From: an uncultured Woeseia sp. | GTDB taxonomy: Bacteria; Pseudomonadota; Gammaproteobacteria; Steroidobacterales; UBA11654 | Length of the DNA stretch: 64,000 nt | Direction: 5' to 3' | Assembly: GCA_964629335.1 (NCBI GenBank) | Contig: CAZVRH010000002.1 | Coordinates: 6,631-70,630 of the forward strand | Shown: positions 27,763-39,991 of the stretch, piece after piece | Layout: the number at the start of each line of letters is the position of its first letter | How positions within the stretch are numbered: position 1 is the first letter of the stretch | Notes under the pieces: model-generated | What the model saw: the letters and a program-made list of their open reading frames with translations, nothing else | Database searches by the model: none | What the model was told of the DNA's origin: nothing | Program-made: the position numbers and the translations under genes

Positions 27763-30700
27763 AATACAATCTGTACTCATAATAGGAGCTGGACCCATCA
27801 TCATTGGACAAGCTTGTGAGTTTGATTATTCGGGGACCCAAGCATGCAAAGCACTAAAAGAAGAAGGCTATCGCGTGATTCTTGTCAACTCTAATCCGGC
27901 AACAATTATGACAGATCCAGATAGTGCTGATTCAATCTATATTGAACCAATCAATTGGCAAACAATAGAAAAGATAATTGCTGAAGAAAAGCCTGACGCA
28001 TTATTACCAACTATGGGAGGACAAACGGGCTTAAATACCGCTCTTGATTTGGCATCAAGAGGTGTCTTAGAACAACACAACGTAGAACTTATTGGAGCCA
28101 CCAAGGAAGCTATAGATAAAGCTGAAGATAGGGAGCTTTTTAAACAGGCTATGGAAGAAATCAATATTGATGTGGCTCAATCCGGTTTGGCAAATAATCT
28201 AGATGAAGCATTATCCATTGCAAATTCAATTAACTATCCACTAATAATTAGACCATCATTTACATTAGGTGGAAGCGGTGGTGGTGTGGCAAATGATGAA
28301 ACTGAATTTATCACTATTGTAAGCAGAGGTTTAGAGTTGTCTCCCACTTCAGAAGTTTTGATAGAAGAATCTCTTCTTGGTTGGAAGGAATACGAAATGG
28401 AGGTCGTTAGAGACAATAAAGATAATGCAATTATTATTTGCTCAATCGAAAATGTAGACCCCATGGGCGTTCACACGGGTGATTCAATCACTGTGGCTCC
28501 TGCTCAAACACTCACTGACAAAGAATATCAAGTCATGCGAGATTACTCGATCGCAATACTCAGAAAGATAGGAGTGGATACTGGAGGCTCAAATGTTCAA
28601 TTTGCTGTTAACCCTGAGAATGGAAAAATAATTGTTATAGAAATGAATCCAAGAGTGTCTCGATCATCTGCCCTAGCATCAAAAGCCACTGGTTTCCCCA
28701 TTGCAAAGATTGCTGCCAAGCTCGCTATTGGTTATACATTGGATGAACTAAAAAATGACATCACAGGCGGAGCCACACCGGCTTCTTTTGAACCCACTAT
28801 TGATTATGTGGTCACTAAAATACCTAAATTTACATTTGAAAAATTTCCTAAAGCAAACTCAATTCTAACCACTCAAATGAAATCAGTAGGCGAAGCCATG
28901 GCAATAGGAAGAAATTTTCAAGAATCACTTCAAAAAGCTATTAGAAGTTTGGAATCTAGTCACTATGGACTAACTGAGGTAAGTGTTGACAGTGAATTTA
29001 ACAATAGAATTTCTGATCCTAGTCCGGAAAGACTGTTCTATCTGGCACAGGCGTTTAGAGAGCATTACACCATTGAAGAAGTATTTAATCTAACACAAAT
29101 AGATCCCTGGTTTTTAACCTATATAAAAGACTTAATAGACACTGAAAAGACAATTTCAACAACCCCTCTAAGTTCATTTGATTATGAATTTCTAAACGAG
29201 ATTAAGAAAAAGGGTTTCTCTGATTTGCGTATCGCCCATATTACTAAAACCACCGAACAAGAAATCAGAGACAAAAGGAAAGAACTGAATATTCACCCAG
29301 TATTTAAAAGAGTTGATACTTGTGCAGCTGAATTTGAAACATCCACAGCCTATCTTTATTCCAGTTATGACGACGAATGTGAATCAAAGCCAACAAATAA
29401 GAAAAAGATAATAATCTTAGGCGGAGGCCCGAATCGAATAGGGCAAGGAATTGAATTTGATTATTGTTGCGTGCACGCTGCAATGGCCGTCTCAGAAGCC
29501 GGTTTTGAATCTATTATGATCAACTGTAACCCAGAAACAGTCTCTACAGATTATGATACGTCCGATCGCCTATATTTTGAACCGCTGACTTTTGAAGATG
29601 TTATGGCAATTGTAGATGTGGAACAACCAGAAGGTATCATTATCCAATTTGGAGGGCAAACTCCACTTAAATTAGCAAAACAATTAAAAGATGCGGGAGC
29701 ACCGATTATAGGTACACAACCAGAATCCATTGATATAGCAGAAGACAGAGAGTTGTTTAAACAATTGGTTATTGATAGTCAGCTTCTACAACCTTACAAC
29801 GAAGTGGCAACAGATCTAGATGAAGCTTTAGTGAATGCAAAAAAAGTTGGGTATCCTCTTGTTGTTAGACCTTCATACGTACTAGGTGGTCGTGCTATGG
29901 AAATCGTATATAACGATGAGGAATTAGAAACCTATATGACAGAAGCGGTAAAAGTGTCTAATGAATCACCGGTTTTATTAGACCATTTTCTTAACAAAGC
30001 AATTGAAGTCGATGTGGATGCAGTTTCAGACGGGAAAGATGTCCTAATCGGTGGAATTATGGAGCATATAGAACAGGCAGGCGTTCATTCTGGTGACTCA
30101 TCATGTTCCATACCTGCTTATAGTCTATCTGATTCAATACAAAATGAAATTGTTAGACAAATGACTGAATTTACTCAGCAACTCAATGTTATTGGTTTAG
30201 TCAACGCACAGTTCGCTATAAGAAAAGGTAAAATATTTGTACTCGAAGTTAATCCAAGAGCATCAAGAACTGTTCCCTTTGTCTCAAAAGCCACCGGAAA
30301 TCAGCTCGCTAAAATTGCTGCAAAAGTTATGACCGGCATTACTTTAAAAGAGCAGGGTATTCAATCCTCTTATAAACCAGAATTCTTTTCCGTTAAAGGT
30401 CCCGTCTTCCCCTTTAATAAATTCCCAGATACAGACCCAATACTTGGACCTGAAATGAAATCAACTGGTGAAGTCATGGGGATCGGTGAAACCTTTGGTG
30501 AAGCGTATATAAAGTCTCAATATGGAGCCGGTATAGTTATACCGAACAAGGGCAATGTTTTTATTTCTGTTCGAAACCCAGATAAAACAGACAAACTCAT
30601 TAAAATTGCTGAATTTTTAACGAATAATGAATTTGATATTGTTGCAACAAATGGAACTGCAGAATTTCTAATTGAGAATAAGATCAATTGCTCTTACATA

Positions 30701-30943
30701 AATAAAGTCCATGAAGGTCAACCGCATATAGTCGATTTAATTAAAGATAAAAAAATAAATTTAATTATTAATACAACTGAGGGAAAACAATCAATCGAAG
30801 AATCCTTTTCAATAAGAGCAGAAGCCGTGATTTCTGGAATTACATACTACACAAGCCTAGAAGCTGCATTTGCAACGATAGAATCTTTTGATTTTCTGGG
30901 TACAATTAATATTAATAAGTTACAAAACTACTTAAAAACCTGA
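27746..30943 (+). CDS. carB: Carbamoyl-phosphate synthase large subunit
   Basis: [30 protein letters not shown], duplicated ATP-grasp halves (second half [20 protein letters not shown]), and a C-terminal MGS-like domain. The internal ATG at 27746 overlaps the carA end by 17 nt. Confidence 0.97.
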   Translation: MPKRTEIQSVLIIGAGPIIIGQACEFDYSGTQACKALKEEGYRVILVNSNPATIMTDPDSADSIYIEPINWQTIEKIIAEEKPDALLPTMGGQTGLNTALDLASRGVLEQHNVELIGATKEAIDKAEDRELFKQAMEEINIDVAQSGLANNLDEALSIANSINYPLIIRPSFTLGGSGGGVANDETEFITIVSRGLELSPTSEVLIEESLLGWKEYEMEVVRDNKDNAIIICSIENVDPMGVHTGDSITVAPAQTLTDKEYQVMRDYSIAILRKIGVDTGGSNVQFAVNPENGKIIVIEMNPRVSRSSALASKATGFPIAKIAAKLAIGYTLDELKNDITGGATPASFEPTIDYVVTKIPKFTFEKFPKANSILTTQMKSVGEAMAIGRNFQESLQKAIRSLESSHYGLTEVSVDSEFNNRISDPSPERLFYLAQAFREHYTIEEVFNLTQIDPWFLTYIKDLIDTEKTISTTPLSSFDYEFLNEIKKKGFSDLRIAHITKTTEQEIRDKRKELNIHPVFKRVDTCAAEFETSTAYLYSSYDDECESKPTNKKKIIILGGGPNRIGQGIEFDYCCVHAAMAVSEAGFESIMINCNPETVSTDYDTSDRLYFEPLTFEDVMAIVDVEQPEGIIIQFGGQTPLKLAKQLKDAGAPIIGTQPESIDIAEDRELFKQLVIDSQLLQPYNEVATDLDEALVNAKKVGYPLVVRPSYVLGGRAMEIVYNDEELETYMTEAVKVSNESPVLLDHFLNKAIEVDVDAVSDGKDVLIGGIMEHIEQAGVHSGDSSCSIPAYSLSDSIQNEIVRQMTEFTQQLNVIGLVNAQFAIRKGKIFVLEVNPRASRTVPFVSKATGNQLAKIAAKVMTGITLKEQGIQSSYKPEFFSVKGPVFPFNKFPDTDPILGPEMKSTGEVMGIGETFGEAYIKSQYGAGIVIPNKGNVFISVRNPDKTDKLIKIAEFLTNNEFDIVATNGTAEFLIENKINCSYINKVHEGQPHIVDLIKDKKINLIINTTEGKQSIEESFSIRAEAVISGITYYTSLEAAFATIESFDFLGTININKLQNYLKT

Positions 30944-31419
30944 TGGATAAACATGTAATGACAATTGAAGGAAGTGATCTTTTAAGAGAGGAGTTAAAGT
31001 CATTAAAATCAAAAGATAGGCCAGAAATAATTCAAGCAATAGCCACGGCAAGGGGTTTTGGGGATTTAAAAGAAAATGCTGAATATCATGCTGCAAAAGA
31101 ACGACAAAGTTTCATAGAAGGAAGAATTAAAGAAATCGAAGCTAAACTCTCTAACTCTCAAATAATCGACGTTACCGTTCTCAATATTTCAAATAAAGTC
31201 GTTTTTGGTTCCACGGTCACATTTCTTAATCTAGATAACGAGAAATTGACCCAATACAAGATCGTTGGTGAAGATGAAGCAAATATCGATACAGGTTTAA
31301 TTTCATATAAAGCCCCTGTTGCAAAAGCCTTAATTGGAAAATCAATAGACGATCTTATTGACATCTTAGTCGAAGATACAAAACAATCACTCCAAATTAC
31401 AAATATAGAATATATCTAG
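30943..31419 (+). CDS. greA: Transcription elongation factor GreA
   Basis: [23 protein letters not shown]. 158 aa. Confidence 0.95.
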   Translation: MDKHVMTIEGSDLLREELKSLKSKDRPEIIQAIATARGFGDLKENAEYHAAKERQSFIEGRIKEIEAKLSNSQIIDVTVLNISNKVVFGSTVTFLNLDNEKLTQYKIVGEDEANIDTGLISYKAPVAKALIGKSIDDLIDILVEDTKQSLQITNIEYI

Positions 31420-31431
31420 GCCTGAAAAACG

Positions 31432-32049
31432 ATGGCTCAAAAAAACTGGAGAAAAAATCAGTCGAAAGATAACTATTTTATAAAAGCTAGGAAACTAGGC
31501 TATAGATCTAGATCGGTTTTTAAGTTAATAGAGATTAATAAAAAATATAACATCTTAAAAAAAGAATCTTTAATTTTAGATATTGGATCCAGTCCTGGCG
31601 GTTGGTCAGAGTTTATAGTTGGTAATTACCAGATAAAAAATCTAGTTGCCAATGATATACAGTTAATGAAATCAATTGATGAAGTTACATTTATACATGG
31701 AGACTTCACAGAAGATTCTGTAAAAAAGCAAATTAAGAGTTCAAACAAAGATAAAAGATTTAACCTAATTCTTTCTGATATTTCTACCAAAAAGACTGGA
31801 AATAAAGTTACAGATCAATACCAATTTTATAATATTGCTGAAAATATACTTGAATTTTCAATAAATGGACTTACATCTAATGGTGTATTGGTGATAAAAG
31901 TATTTATGGGACTTGGTTTTGATGATTTTGCAAACGATTTAAGACATTTTTTCGAACATGTATACATATTTAAACCAAAATCATCAAGGGCTGAGAGTAA
32001 AGAAACATACGCTATAGGAAAAAAGATTAGGTATACTCAAAATTTATGA
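31432..32049 (+). CDS. rlmE: 23S rRNA (U2552-2'-O)-methyltransferase RlmE (FtsJ)
   Basis: [20 protein letters not shown] motif [12 protein letters not shown], and the [14 protein letters not shown] end. Confidence 0.9.
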   Translation: MAQKNWRKNQSKDNYFIKARKLGYRSRSVFKLIEINKKYNILKKESLILDIGSSPGGWSEFIVGNYQIKNLVANDIQLMKSIDEVTFIHGDFTEDSVKKQIKSSNKDKRFNLILSDISTKKTGNKVTDQYQFYNIAENILEFSINGLTSNGVLVIKVFMGLGFDDFANDLRHFFEHVYIFKPKSSRAESKETYAIGKKIRYTQNL

Positions 32050-33944
32050 ATAACTTTTTTAAAAATGCAACCGTATGGATTGTAATAGGAATAGTCATGT
32101 TGACTGTTTTCAATTCTTTTTCACCAAACTCGATTCGTCAACAAACCATTGATTACTCAACATTTTTGGAATTAGTTAGAACAGGTAACATCAGTGAGGT
32201 GGTTTTTGAAAATGATGTGATTAAAGCCAAAAGAATTAATGGAGATAAATTTTTAACCTATAACCCTGAAACAGATAACACAGCTCTTATAGGAGAACTT
32301 AATAAGTCTGGAGTAAGAATCAGTGCTAACCCACCTAAGAATCAGAATATTTTTGTAAGTTTGCTTATAAACTCATTTCCTGTGATCTTACTAATAGCTG
32401 TCTGGATATACTTCATGCGACAAATGCAAGGTGGAGTAGGTGGCGGAAGAGGAGCCATGACTTTTGGTAAAAGTAAAGCCCGCTTACTGGGAGAAAACCA
32501 AATTGAAGTCACATTTGCCGATGTTGCTGGGATAGAAGAAGCGAAAGAAGAAGTGATTGAAATTGTAGAATTTCTTAAAGACCCGTCTAAATTTCAAAGA
32601 TTGGGCGGTAAAATACCAAAAGGCGTTCTCATGGTAGGTTCACCAGGAACAGGGAAAACTCTTTTGGCAAGGGCGATAGCTGGAGAAGCTCAAGTCCCGT
32701 TCTTTACAATTTCAGGTTCTGATTTCGTTGAAATGTTTGTAGGTGTAGGAGCCTCAAGGGTCAGAGATATGTTTCAAGAGGCTAAATCGCATTCTCCATG
32801 TATAATTTTTATCGACGAAATAGATGCTGTGGGAAGACAACGAGGTGCTGGTCTTGGTGGAGGTCATGATGAGAGAGAACAAACACTAAACCAACTGTTA
32901 GTAGAAATGGACGGTTTTGAAGACAATGTAGGAGTAATTGTCATCGCTGCTACAAACAGACCAGATGTTTTAGATGCCGCACTTCTTAGGCCAGGACGTT
33001 TTGACAGACAGGTGGTTGTGCCATTACCAGATGTACGAGGAAGAGAACAAATTCTAAAGGTCCATATGAGAAAAGTACCTCTAGACAAAAATGTTAAACC
33101 CTCCATTATCGCTAGAGGAACTCCTGGTTTTTCTGGTGCTGATTTAGCCAACCTGGTCAACGAATCTGCACTAATCGCTGCCAGAGGAAATAAAAAGTTT
33201 GTCAATATGGACGATCTGGATAAAGCTAAAGATAAAATCATGATGGGTACAGAAAGAAAATCCTTAGTCATGAGTGAAGATGAAAAGAAACTCACTGCTT
33301 ATCATGAAGCTGGACACGCAATCGTTGGCCTATCAATTGATGGCCATGACCCAGTGTATAAAGTGACAATTGTCCCCAGAGGACGAGCATTAGGTGTCAC
33401 TATGTTTCTCCCTGAAGATGATCGATACAGCGTAAGTAAAAAAAGGTTAATGGGACAAATTACTAGTTTATTTGGCGGCAGAGTAGCTGAAGAACTAATA
33501 TTCGGAAAAGAAGCAGTTACTACTGGCGCATCAAATGATATAGAACGAGCAACCGATCTTGCAAGAAACATGGTTACAAAATGGGGTCTCTCAGAAAAAT
33601 TAGGTCCTCTTACTTACAGCGAAGATGAAGGGGAAGTCTTTTTAGGAAGATCAGTGACTCAAACCAAACAGGTTTCTGATGTTACTGCAAAGATAATTGA
33701 TGATGAAGTAAGGAAAATTATTGATGAAACCTATCAATCAGCAACTGCAATTATAAACAAACAGATGAACCGTCTTCATAAAATGGCAGAAGCTTTATTA
33801 AAATATGAAACGATAGAAGATTTTCAAATCGAAGACATCATGAATGATAAAGAACCAAGACCTCCTAAGGATTGGGAATCAGACGATGACTCCTCAGAAG
33901 ACCATAACAGTCCCGATATTGGTGGGCCCGCTACACAACATTAA
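32046..33944 (+). CDS. ftsH: ATP-dependent zinc metalloprotease FtsH
   Basis: Walker [12 protein letters not shown], Walker [32 protein letters not shown], and zinc site HEAGHA. Confidence 0.97.
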   Translation: MNNFFKNATVWIVIGIVMLTVFNSFSPNSIRQQTIDYSTFLELVRTGNISEVVFENDVIKAKRINGDKFLTYNPETDNTALIGELNKSGVRISANPPKNQNIFVSLLINSFPVILLIAVWIYFMRQMQGGVGGGRGAMTFGKSKARLLGENQIEVTFADVAGIEEAKEEVIEIVEFLKDPSKFQRLGGKIPKGVLMVGSPGTGKTLLARAIAGEAQVPFFTISGSDFVEMFVGVGASRVRDMFQEAKSHSPCIIFIDEIDAVGRQRGAGLGGGHDEREQTLNQLLVEMDGFEDNVGVIVIAATNRPDVLDAALLRPGRFDRQVVVPLPDVRGREQILKVHMRKVPLDKNVKPSIIARGTPGFSGADLANLVNESALIAARGNKKFVNMDDLDKAKDKIMMGTERKSLVMSEDEKKLTAYHEAGHAIVGLSIDGHDPVYKVTIVPRGRALGVTMFLPEDDRYSVSKKRLMGQITSLFGGRVAEELIFGKEAVTTGASNDIERATDLARNMVTKWGLSEKLGPLTYSEDEGEVFLGRSVTQTKQVSDVTAKIIDDEVRKIIDETYQSATAIINKQMNRLHKMAEALLKYETIEDFQIEDIMNDKEPRPPKDWESDDDSSEDHNSPDIGGPATQH

Positions 33945-34033
33945 GAAAATCCAAGATCAGAAAAAAGCTGAATAAATATTAGCTAATTTACTGCCAAAAC
34001 CTATAAAATGATCGCTTCTTCAAAATAGTAACG

Positions 34034-35371
34034 ATGATAAACAATAAGAAAAAAGTTTTTGGTACTGACGGTGTCAGAGGAAAAGTAGGAGAATATCCTA
34101 TGACAGTTGACTTCACTATGAGGTTAGCATCAGCTATTGCCTCTGTATTAGTTCCCAATGGCGGCACTGTTGCAATTGGTAAAGACACCAGAGTCTCTGG
34201 ATATATGTTTGAATCAGCACTTGAATCAGCTTTTGTTGGCTACGGTCTAAAAGTTACTTTACTTGGGCCATTACCATCTCCAGCTATATCTCACTATGTC
34301 AGACAAACAGAAAGTGACTTTGGAATAGTTATCAGCGCTTCTCATAATTCTTACGAATACAACGGCATTAAAATACTAAACCAAAATGGTGAGAAACTTG
34401 ATTCTTACCAAGAAACCTTAATCGAAGAGAGAATATCAGATGACCCTATTACCAAAGAAGCAGATAACATCGGGAAAGCTTATCGATCTGGTGATTCTAG
34501 AGATAAATATAAATCCCTTCTTCATAGTGTTTTCTTAGACCATACAAAGCCGTTGAATGGAATGAAGATAGTGGTAGATGCTTCTAATGGAGCTGCTTAT
34601 AAAATTGCACCACAAGTTCTCCTTGAATTAGGTGCAGAAGTCATACCTATAGCTTGTTCACCAAATGGTTATAATATTAATGATAAATGTGGAACCACAA
34701 ACCCAGACACAATAAAAAACACCGTAACTGCCACACATGCTGATGTTGGTATTGCATTAGACGGGGATGCCGACAGGGTTTTAATTATTGATGAAACCGG
34801 GAACATACTTAATGGTGATCAAATTCTCTATATACTAGCCAAAGGGAACCTTGGGAATCCTAAATTTAATTCTAAAATTGTGGGCACTGTTTTATCCAAC
34901 CTTGGGTTAGAAAATGCACTAAAAAGCATTAACATCGACCTTCATAGATCTGACGTGGGCGATAAAAATGTCTACACTTTAATGAAATCCATTGGTTCCA
35001 TGATTGGCGGAGAACCTTCTGGTCATATAATTAATACAAATTATTCACCAACTGGTGACGGTTTATTAGTAGCCCTTTTAACATTAAATGAATCACTCAA
35101 ATCTAACACCCCTCTAAGTAAGTTAGGCAGCGATTTAAATCTGATAACTCAAATTAACAAAGATATTGAAATCAATAAAAAACAACCATCCTCTGGGACA
35201 TTAGAATCAATTGCATCTTCAGCCTCAAAGAAGCTTAATCAAGGAAGGGTTATAATAAGAGTCTCAGGTACCGAACCAGTGATAAGGATTTTAATAGAGT
35301 CAAATGATAATAAAAAAAATAATGAAGTGATTGGCTTTATAGAAAAAGAAATCACAAAACATCAATCATGA
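34034..35371 (+). CDS. glmM: Phosphoglucosamine mutase
   Basis: FGTDGVRGKVG, active-site SASHNSYEYNGIK, and GIALDGDADR. Confidence 0.93.
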   Translation: MINNKKKVFGTDGVRGKVGEYPMTVDFTMRLASAIASVLVPNGGTVAIGKDTRVSGYMFESALESAFVGYGLKVTLLGPLPSPAISHYVRQTESDFGIVISASHNSYEYNGIKILNQNGEKLDSYQETLIEERISDDPITKEADNIGKAYRSGDSRDKYKSLLHSVFLDHTKPLNGMKIVVDASNGAAYKIAPQVLLELGAEVIPIACSPNGYNINDKCGTTNPDTIKNTVTATHADVGIALDGDADRVLIIDETGNILNGDQILYILAKGNLGNPKFNSKIVGTVLSNLGLENALKSINIDLHRSDVGDKNVYTLMKSIGSMIGGEPSGHIINTNYSPTGDGLLVALLTLNESLKSNTPLSKLGSDLNLITQINKDIEINKKQPSSGTLESIASSASKKLNQGRVIIRVSGTEPVIRILIESNDNKKNNEVIGFIEKEITKHQS

Positions 35372-36123
35372 ATTACTTAATCTCAGCAAATTGGAAAATG
35401 AATGGTGATAAAGCATTTGTCCAATCTTATCTCTCAACAGTAAACATCGAAGATGATCCTGAGGTGCAAATGCTTATATGCCCACCAGACTGTTATCTCC
35501 AGGAGATGGACGCCAATGCATCCCAGGTAGTTTTAAGGGGAGCACAAAATCTTTCTTTTAATTCTAACGGTGCTTTCACGGGCGAAGTATCTGCTGACAT
35601 GTTACATGACCATAACGTTGAATACGTTATAGTCGGACATTCTGAAAGAAGACAATTCCATAATGAAACTAACCAAATTGTAGCTAAAAAGTTTAAAACG
35701 GCAATAAACAACAACATCATTCCTATACTCTGTGTAGGAGAATCATTAGACCAAAGAAAGTCCGGTGATACATACACTCATCTTAGAGAACAAATACAGT
35801 CCGTAATAACAGAACCAATGATTCTCAATGACAAACAATTTGTTGTTGCTTATGAACCGATATGGGCGATAGGAACTGGAGAAACGGCAACTCCTGAATT
35901 GGCCAATGAAGCCCATATTTTTATTCATGACACAATTAATGAAATATGCTCATCAAATGAACATAATGCCGTTATAATTTATGGCGGCAGTGTTAATAGC
36001 AATAATGCCACTGACCTATTTAAGATGAGTCACATTAATGGAGCTTTAATTGGTGGTGCGTCATTGGACGTTAACGAGTTCATTAAAATTTTTAACATAG
36101 CTAAGGAAATAAACCATGGGTGA
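35368..36123 (+). CDS. tpiA: Triosephosphate isomerase
   Basis: ANWKMNG, VGHSERR, AYEPIWAIGTG and IIYGGSV. Confidence 0.93.
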   Translation: MNYLISANWKMNGDKAFVQSYLSTVNIEDDPEVQMLICPPDCYLQEMDANASQVVLRGAQNLSFNSNGAFTGEVSADMLHDHNVEYVIVGHSERRQFHNETNQIVAKKFKTAINNNIIPILCVGESLDQRKSGDTYTHLREQIQSVITEPMILNDKQFVVAYEPIWAIGTGETATPELANEAHIFIHDTINEICSSNEHNAVIIYGGSVNSNNATDLFKMSHINGALIGGASLDVNEFIKIFNIAKEINHG

Positions 36124-36454
36124 TATTAATTCACTATTACTTGTATTCCACGTAATTACGGCAATATTGATTGTCGTGTTAATACTATTGCAAAAAGGGA
36201 AGGGTGCTGACATGGGTTCAGCCTTTGGAGCCGGTGCCTCAGGGACAATCTTTGGATCTAAAGGATCAGCTAATTTTCTATCCAGAACAACTGCCGTGTT
36301 AGCCACGGTATTCTTTATAACCAGTCTAACTCTAGCCTATTTAAACAAAGGAACAGTTCAGACTAATAGTATCTTAGATTCTGTCAATACAATAGAAACA
36401 GAAGAGCAAGACAATGATTCAGTTGCTATATCACCTCAAATTCCTGAACAATAA
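36116..36454 (+). CDS. secG: Preprotein translocase subunit SecG
   Basis: ILLQKGKGADMGSAFGAGASGTIFGS signature. 112 aa. Confidence 0.85.
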   Translation: MGDINSLLLVFHVITAILIVVLILLQKGKGADMGSAFGAGASGTIFGSKGSANFLSRTTAVLATVFFITSLTLAYLNKGTVQTNSILDSVNTIETEEQDNDSVAISPQIPEQ

Positions 36455-36465
36455 TCCTATATTGC

Positions 36466-36548
36466 GCCGATGTGGTGGAATCTGGTAGACACGCTGTCTT
36501 GAGGGGGCAGTAGCGAAAGCTGTGCCGGTTCGAGTCCGGCCATCGGCA
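36466..36548 (+). tRNA. leuU: tRNA-Leu (anticodon GAG)
   Basis: Acceptor GCCGATG/CATCGGC with discriminator A. Anticodon stem CTGTC/GGCAG with loop TTGAGGG. Long variable arm. T-arm GCCGG TTCGAGT CCGGC. CCA is not encoded. It sits after secG, as in E. coli. Confidence 0.9.
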
Positions 36549-36607
36549 AACTAAAAATCTTTAACTATAAATATATGAAATATCTATAGTTTGTATCTAT
36601 AAAAATA

Positions 36608-36627
36608 ATATCCACATTTTATCCACA
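36608..36627 (+). promoter_or_regulatory. Two tandem DnaA-box motifs
   Basis: ATATCCACA (36608-16, 8/9 match) and TTATCCACA (36619-27, 9/9 match to TTATCCACA). Same orientation, 11 bp start to start. Confidence 0.4.
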
Positions 36628-36692
36628 TATTGGAATATTTGTAATAAGTTGTAATTATTATATTTAATGCTAAGTATTTGAATATATAAGCT

Positions 36693-36721
36693 ATTTTATT
36701 TTCTAAAAAAGGTGCTACAAT
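36693..36721 (+). promoter_or_regulatory. Candidate extended -10 promoter for the nuo operon
   Basis: TGcTACAAT (36713-21) with a weak -35 ATTTTA 17 nt upstream. Lies about 37 nt before the nuoA ATG. Confidence 0.35.
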
Positions 36722-36757
36722 AGCCACGAATTTTAGAAATAGAACTTGGTACTGTTC

Positions 36758-37114
36758 ATGTTAGAGAATTATCTACCAATTATTATCTTTATTTCAGTCG
36801 CTGCAATTCTTGGCGTTATCATGCTACTTTTAGGTTTTCTCTTCGGTGCTGGGGAAAAATCTGACGCAAAATTATCTCCTTACGAGTGTGGCTTTGAAGA
36901 ATTTGAAGATGCAAGAATTCCTTTCGATGTTCGTTACTATCTTGTTGCAATCCTCTTTATCATTTTTGACTTAGAAATCGCCTTCCTATTTCCGTGGGCT
37001 ATAGCGTTAAAAGAAATTGGATCTGCAGGTCTAATTGCAATGGTTATTTTCTTGCTAGTCCTAGTTATAGGTTTTATTTATGAATGGAACAAAGGGGCGC
37101 TCGAATGGGATTAA
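36758..37114 (+). CDS. nuoA: NADH-quinone oxidoreductase subunit A
   Basis: LSPYECGFE...[11 protein letters not shown] (ND3 signature). ATG at 36758. Confidence 0.9.
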   Translation: MLENYLPIIIFISVAAILGVIMLLLGFLFGAGEKSDAKLSPYECGFEEFEDARIPFDVRYYLVAILFIIFDLEIAFLFPWAIALKEIGSAGLIAMVIFLLVLVIGFIYEWNKGALEWD

Positions 37115-37605
37115 AAAAAAATAATAATGATCTCATAGTCCAGCAAGGTCCAGGCTTCGTAACAACATCGGTTGATAAATTAGTCAACTGGGCAAGAACA
37201 GGTTCTATGTGGCCTGTTACATTAGGCTTGGCTTGTTGTGGAATAGAAATGATGCACTCGGCAGCTTCTCGATACGATACCGATCGTTTTGGGGTATTTT
37301 ACCGACCTAGCCCTAGACAATCTGACGTGATGATTGTTGCCGGAACACTCTGCAATAAAATGGCGCCAGCTTTAAGAAAAATCTACGACCAAATGGCTGA
37401 ACCTAAATGGGTTATCTCGATGGGTTCGTGTGCCAATGGAGGCGGCTACTATCATCACTCATATTCAGTTGTCAGAGGCTGCGATCAAATCATACCAGTT
37501 GATGTGTATGTACCAGGTTGCCCACCAACAGCCGAGGCTTTGATTAACGGCATTATTGAATTGCAAGAAAAAATTAGATCGGAAGAATCTATCGCCAATG
37601 GCTAA
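37105..37605 (+). CDS. nuoB: NADH-quinone oxidoreductase subunit B
   Basis: [19 protein letters not shown] and PGCPP (N2 cluster ligands). The ATG at 37105 has AAAGGGG upstream. Confidence 0.92.
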   Translation: MGLKKNNNDLIVQQGPGFVTTSVDKLVNWARTGSMWPVTLGLACCGIEMMHSAASRYDTDRFGVFYRPSPRQSDVMIVAGTLCNKMAPALRKIYDQMAEPKWVISMGSCANGGGYYHHSYSVVRGCDQIIPVDVYVPGCPPTAEALINGIIELQEKIRSEESIANG

Positions 37606-38254
37606 AGAAAATCACATAAAATTAATTAATCAAAAACTTTCTGACTATAGTCATTCATTATTATCCTCAGATCATGATCCATTGTTCCTAATAGAACAAT
37701 CTGAATTAGTTAAAATTTGTAAGATATTAAAAACTGACAATGAACTCGATTATTCCATTCTTATTGATATTTGTGCTGTTGATTATCTGACTTACGGTCA
37801 AGCTGACTGGGTAACTAAAGACGCCACAAAAACAGGATACTCCAGAGCTGTCGAACCAAAAATAATTGCTGATGACGATGATGAATTCCCAGATCGATTT
37901 GCAATTTTTTATCAACTGTTATCTCTCTCTAATAATTCCCGAATCACCCTAAAAACATTTACGACAAAATCAAATCCTCCTAGTGTTCCCTCCATTAATA
38001 AAATATGGAACTCAGCGAATTGGTTTGAAAGAGAAGCTTTTGATCTAATGGGAGTGCATTTTAAGGGTCACCCCGATTTAAGGCGGATTCTTACTGATTA
38101 TGGCTTTATTGGTCATCCTTTTAGAAAAGATTTTCCTACCAATGGAAACTTAGAGGTTGTTTACGATGAAGAAAAAGAAGAAGTGGTATATAAACCTGTA
38201 ACTATCACTACACGACCGAGCGTGCCTCGAGTCATCAGGAAAGATAATGACTGA
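37598..38254 (+). CDS. nuoC: NADH-quinone oxidoreductase subunit C
   Basis: [32 protein letters not shown] separate gene, not fused to nuoD. Confidence 0.9.
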   Translation: MAKENHIKLINQKLSDYSHSLLSSDHDPLFLIEQSELVKICKILKTDNELDYSILIDICAVDYLTYGQADWVTKDATKTGYSRAVEPKIIADDDDEFPDRFAIFYQLLSLSNNSRITLKTFTTKSNPPSVPSINKIWNSANWFEREAFDLMGVHFKGHPDLRRILTDYGFIGHPFRKDFPTNGNLEVVYDEEKEEVVYKPVTITTRPSVPRVIRKDND

Positions 38255-39497
38255 AAGTAATTTATCTTTAAATTTTGGACCCCAGCATCCTGCTGCCCAC
38301 GGCGTGCTTCGACTCATTATGGAAATGGACGGTGAAGTTGTAAAACATTTAGACCCTCATATAGGATTACTACATCGTGGCACAGAGAAGCTTGCTGAAA
38401 TAAAACCCTACAATCATTCGATTGGTTACATGGACCGGATGGATTATGTGTCTATGATGTGCTGCGAGCACTCTTACGTTCTCGCCATTGAACGGCTCCT
38501 GGGTATAGAACCTCCTAAACGTGCTCAATACATCAGAGTAATGTTTGATGAAATAACCAGACTCCTTAATCACCTGTTGTGGTTAGGCGCTCATGGTCTA
38601 GATATTGGGGCCATGGCACTTTTTTTATATTGTTTTAGAGAACGTGAAGACTTGCTTGATTGCTATGAAGCTGTTTCGGGTGCCAGAATGCACGCTACTT
38701 ATTATCGACCAGGTGGTGTATATAGGGATCTTCCTGATGAAATGCCTAAATATTCTGCCAATCGATATATTTCAGAAAAGAAGGTTAAACAACTCAATTA
38801 TAATCGAGAAGGATCGCTACTCGACTTCATTGAGGATTTCACTGACAGATTCCCCTCGTTAGTGGATCAATATGAAACTCTTCTTACAGACAATCGAATT
38901 TGGAAACAACGGACAGTTGATATCGGCGTAGTATCTCCAGAAAGAGCCAAAGACCTTGGTTTTTCTGGCCCCATGTTAAGAGGCTCAGGAATCGAATGGG
39001 ATCTTAGAAGAAATCAACCTTACGAGATTTATAACGAACTTGATTTTCTTATCCCAATTGGATTGAACGGTGACTGTTATGACCGATATCTTGTAAGAGT
39101 TGAAGAAATGAGACAGTCAACCAAAATCATTCAGCAATGCATTAAATGGTTAAGAGAAAATCCTGGATCGGTAATGATTAATGATAATAAATTTGCTTCC
39201 CCCAAAAGAGACCAAATGAAACACGACATGGAATCATTAATTTATCATTTCAAATTATTCACTGAAGGTTATTCAGTACCTAAAGGGGAGGTCTATGCAG
39301 CTATAGAACATCCTAAGGGTGAGTTTGGAGTATTTCTAATGTCAGATGGAGCAAATAAACCCTATCGGATGAAAGTTAGAGCCCCTAGCTTTGCTCATCT
39401 TGCTGCTATCGATGAAATGTCAAAAGGCCATATGCTAGCTGATGTGGTGTCCATTATTGGAACATTGGATATAGTTTTTGGAGAAATTGATCGCTGA
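38247..39497 (+). CDS. nuoD: NADH-quinone oxidoreductase subunit D
   Basis: [22 protein letters not shown] and the C-terminal DIVFGEIDR. Confidence 0.95.
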   Translation: MTESNLSLNFGPQHPAAHGVLRLIMEMDGEVVKHLDPHIGLLHRGTEKLAEIKPYNHSIGYMDRMDYVSMMCCEHSYVLAIERLLGIEPPKRAQYIRVMFDEITRLLNHLLWLGAHGLDIGAMALFLYCFREREDLLDCYEAVSGARMHATYYRPGGVYRDLPDEMPKYSANRYISEKKVKQLNYNREGSLLDFIEDFTDRFPSLVDQYETLLTDNRIWKQRTVDIGVVSPERAKDLGFSGPMLRGSGIEWDLRRNQPYEIYNELDFLIPIGLNGDCYDRYLVRVEEMRQSTKIIQQCIKWLRENPGSVMINDNKFASPKRDQMKHDMESLIYHFKLFTEGYSVPKGEVYAAIEHPKGEFGVFLMSDGANKPYRMKVRAPSFAHLAAIDEMSKGHMLADVVSIIGTLDIVFGEIDR

Positions 39498-39499
39498 TC

Positions 39500-39991
39500 A
39501 TGCCATTACTTAATAAAGAAATAAAAGAAGAGATAGATTTATGGGTACAAAAGTTTCCCGAAGGAAAACAACGTTCTGCAATTATTGCTGCTCTTCATTC
39601 AGTTCAACATTTTAACCAAGGGTTTTTAACATCTGAATTAATGAATGAAGTTGCCGAATACCTTGATGTACCAAAGATCCAAGTATTTGAAGTCGCTTCG
39701 TTCTACTCCATGTTTAATACTCAACATGTCGGTCAACATGAGATTTCTGTCTGCACCAATATATCCTGCATGTTAAGAGGCTCAGATGAAATTCTAGATC
39801 ACATAGAAAAACGTTTGCAAATTAAATCGGGAGAATCAACAACAGATGGCAAAATATTTCTAAAAAAAGAAGAAGAGTGCCTTGCTGCTTGCACAGGAGC
39901 TCCAATGCTAATGCTCGATCATCAATACATCGAAAATCTTGACATTAAAAAAGTTGATGAAATTCTCGATGCACTGGAGAAAAAACAATGA
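39500..39991 (+). CDS. nuoE: NADH-quinone oxidoreductase subunit E
   Basis: [2Fe-2S] ligand contexts VCTNISCMLRG and CLAACTGAP. Confidence 0.92.
   Translation: MPLLNKEIKEEIDLWVQKFPEGKQRSAIIAALHSVQHFNQGFLTSELMNEVAEYLDVPKIQVFEVASFYSMFNTQHVGQHEISVCTNISCMLRGSDEILDHIEKRLQIKSGESTTDGKIFLKKEEECLAACTGAPMLMLDHQYIENLDIKKVDEILDALEKKQ

Noticed and set aside
32864-33571. 143-aa and 89-aa ORFs antisense to ftsH. Similar antisense ORFs occur inside nusA (52181..52615), the NSS transporter (18512..18913), dnaK (23531..23872), infB, nuoG, carB and others.
   Set aside because: All lie entirely within strongly conserved genes on the other strand. Their translations are Ser/Leu/Pro-rich low-complexity mirror products with no start context.
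36549-36757. Chromosomal replication origin (oriC), suggested by DnaA boxes in a long AT-rich spacer
   Set aside because: There are only two convincing boxes and I could not recognise a 13-mer DUE repeat set. Gene orientation is plus-strand for about 16 kb on one side and about 22 kb on the other, so there is no divergence of transcription at this point. No dnaA, dnaN, gidA or mioC is nearby.
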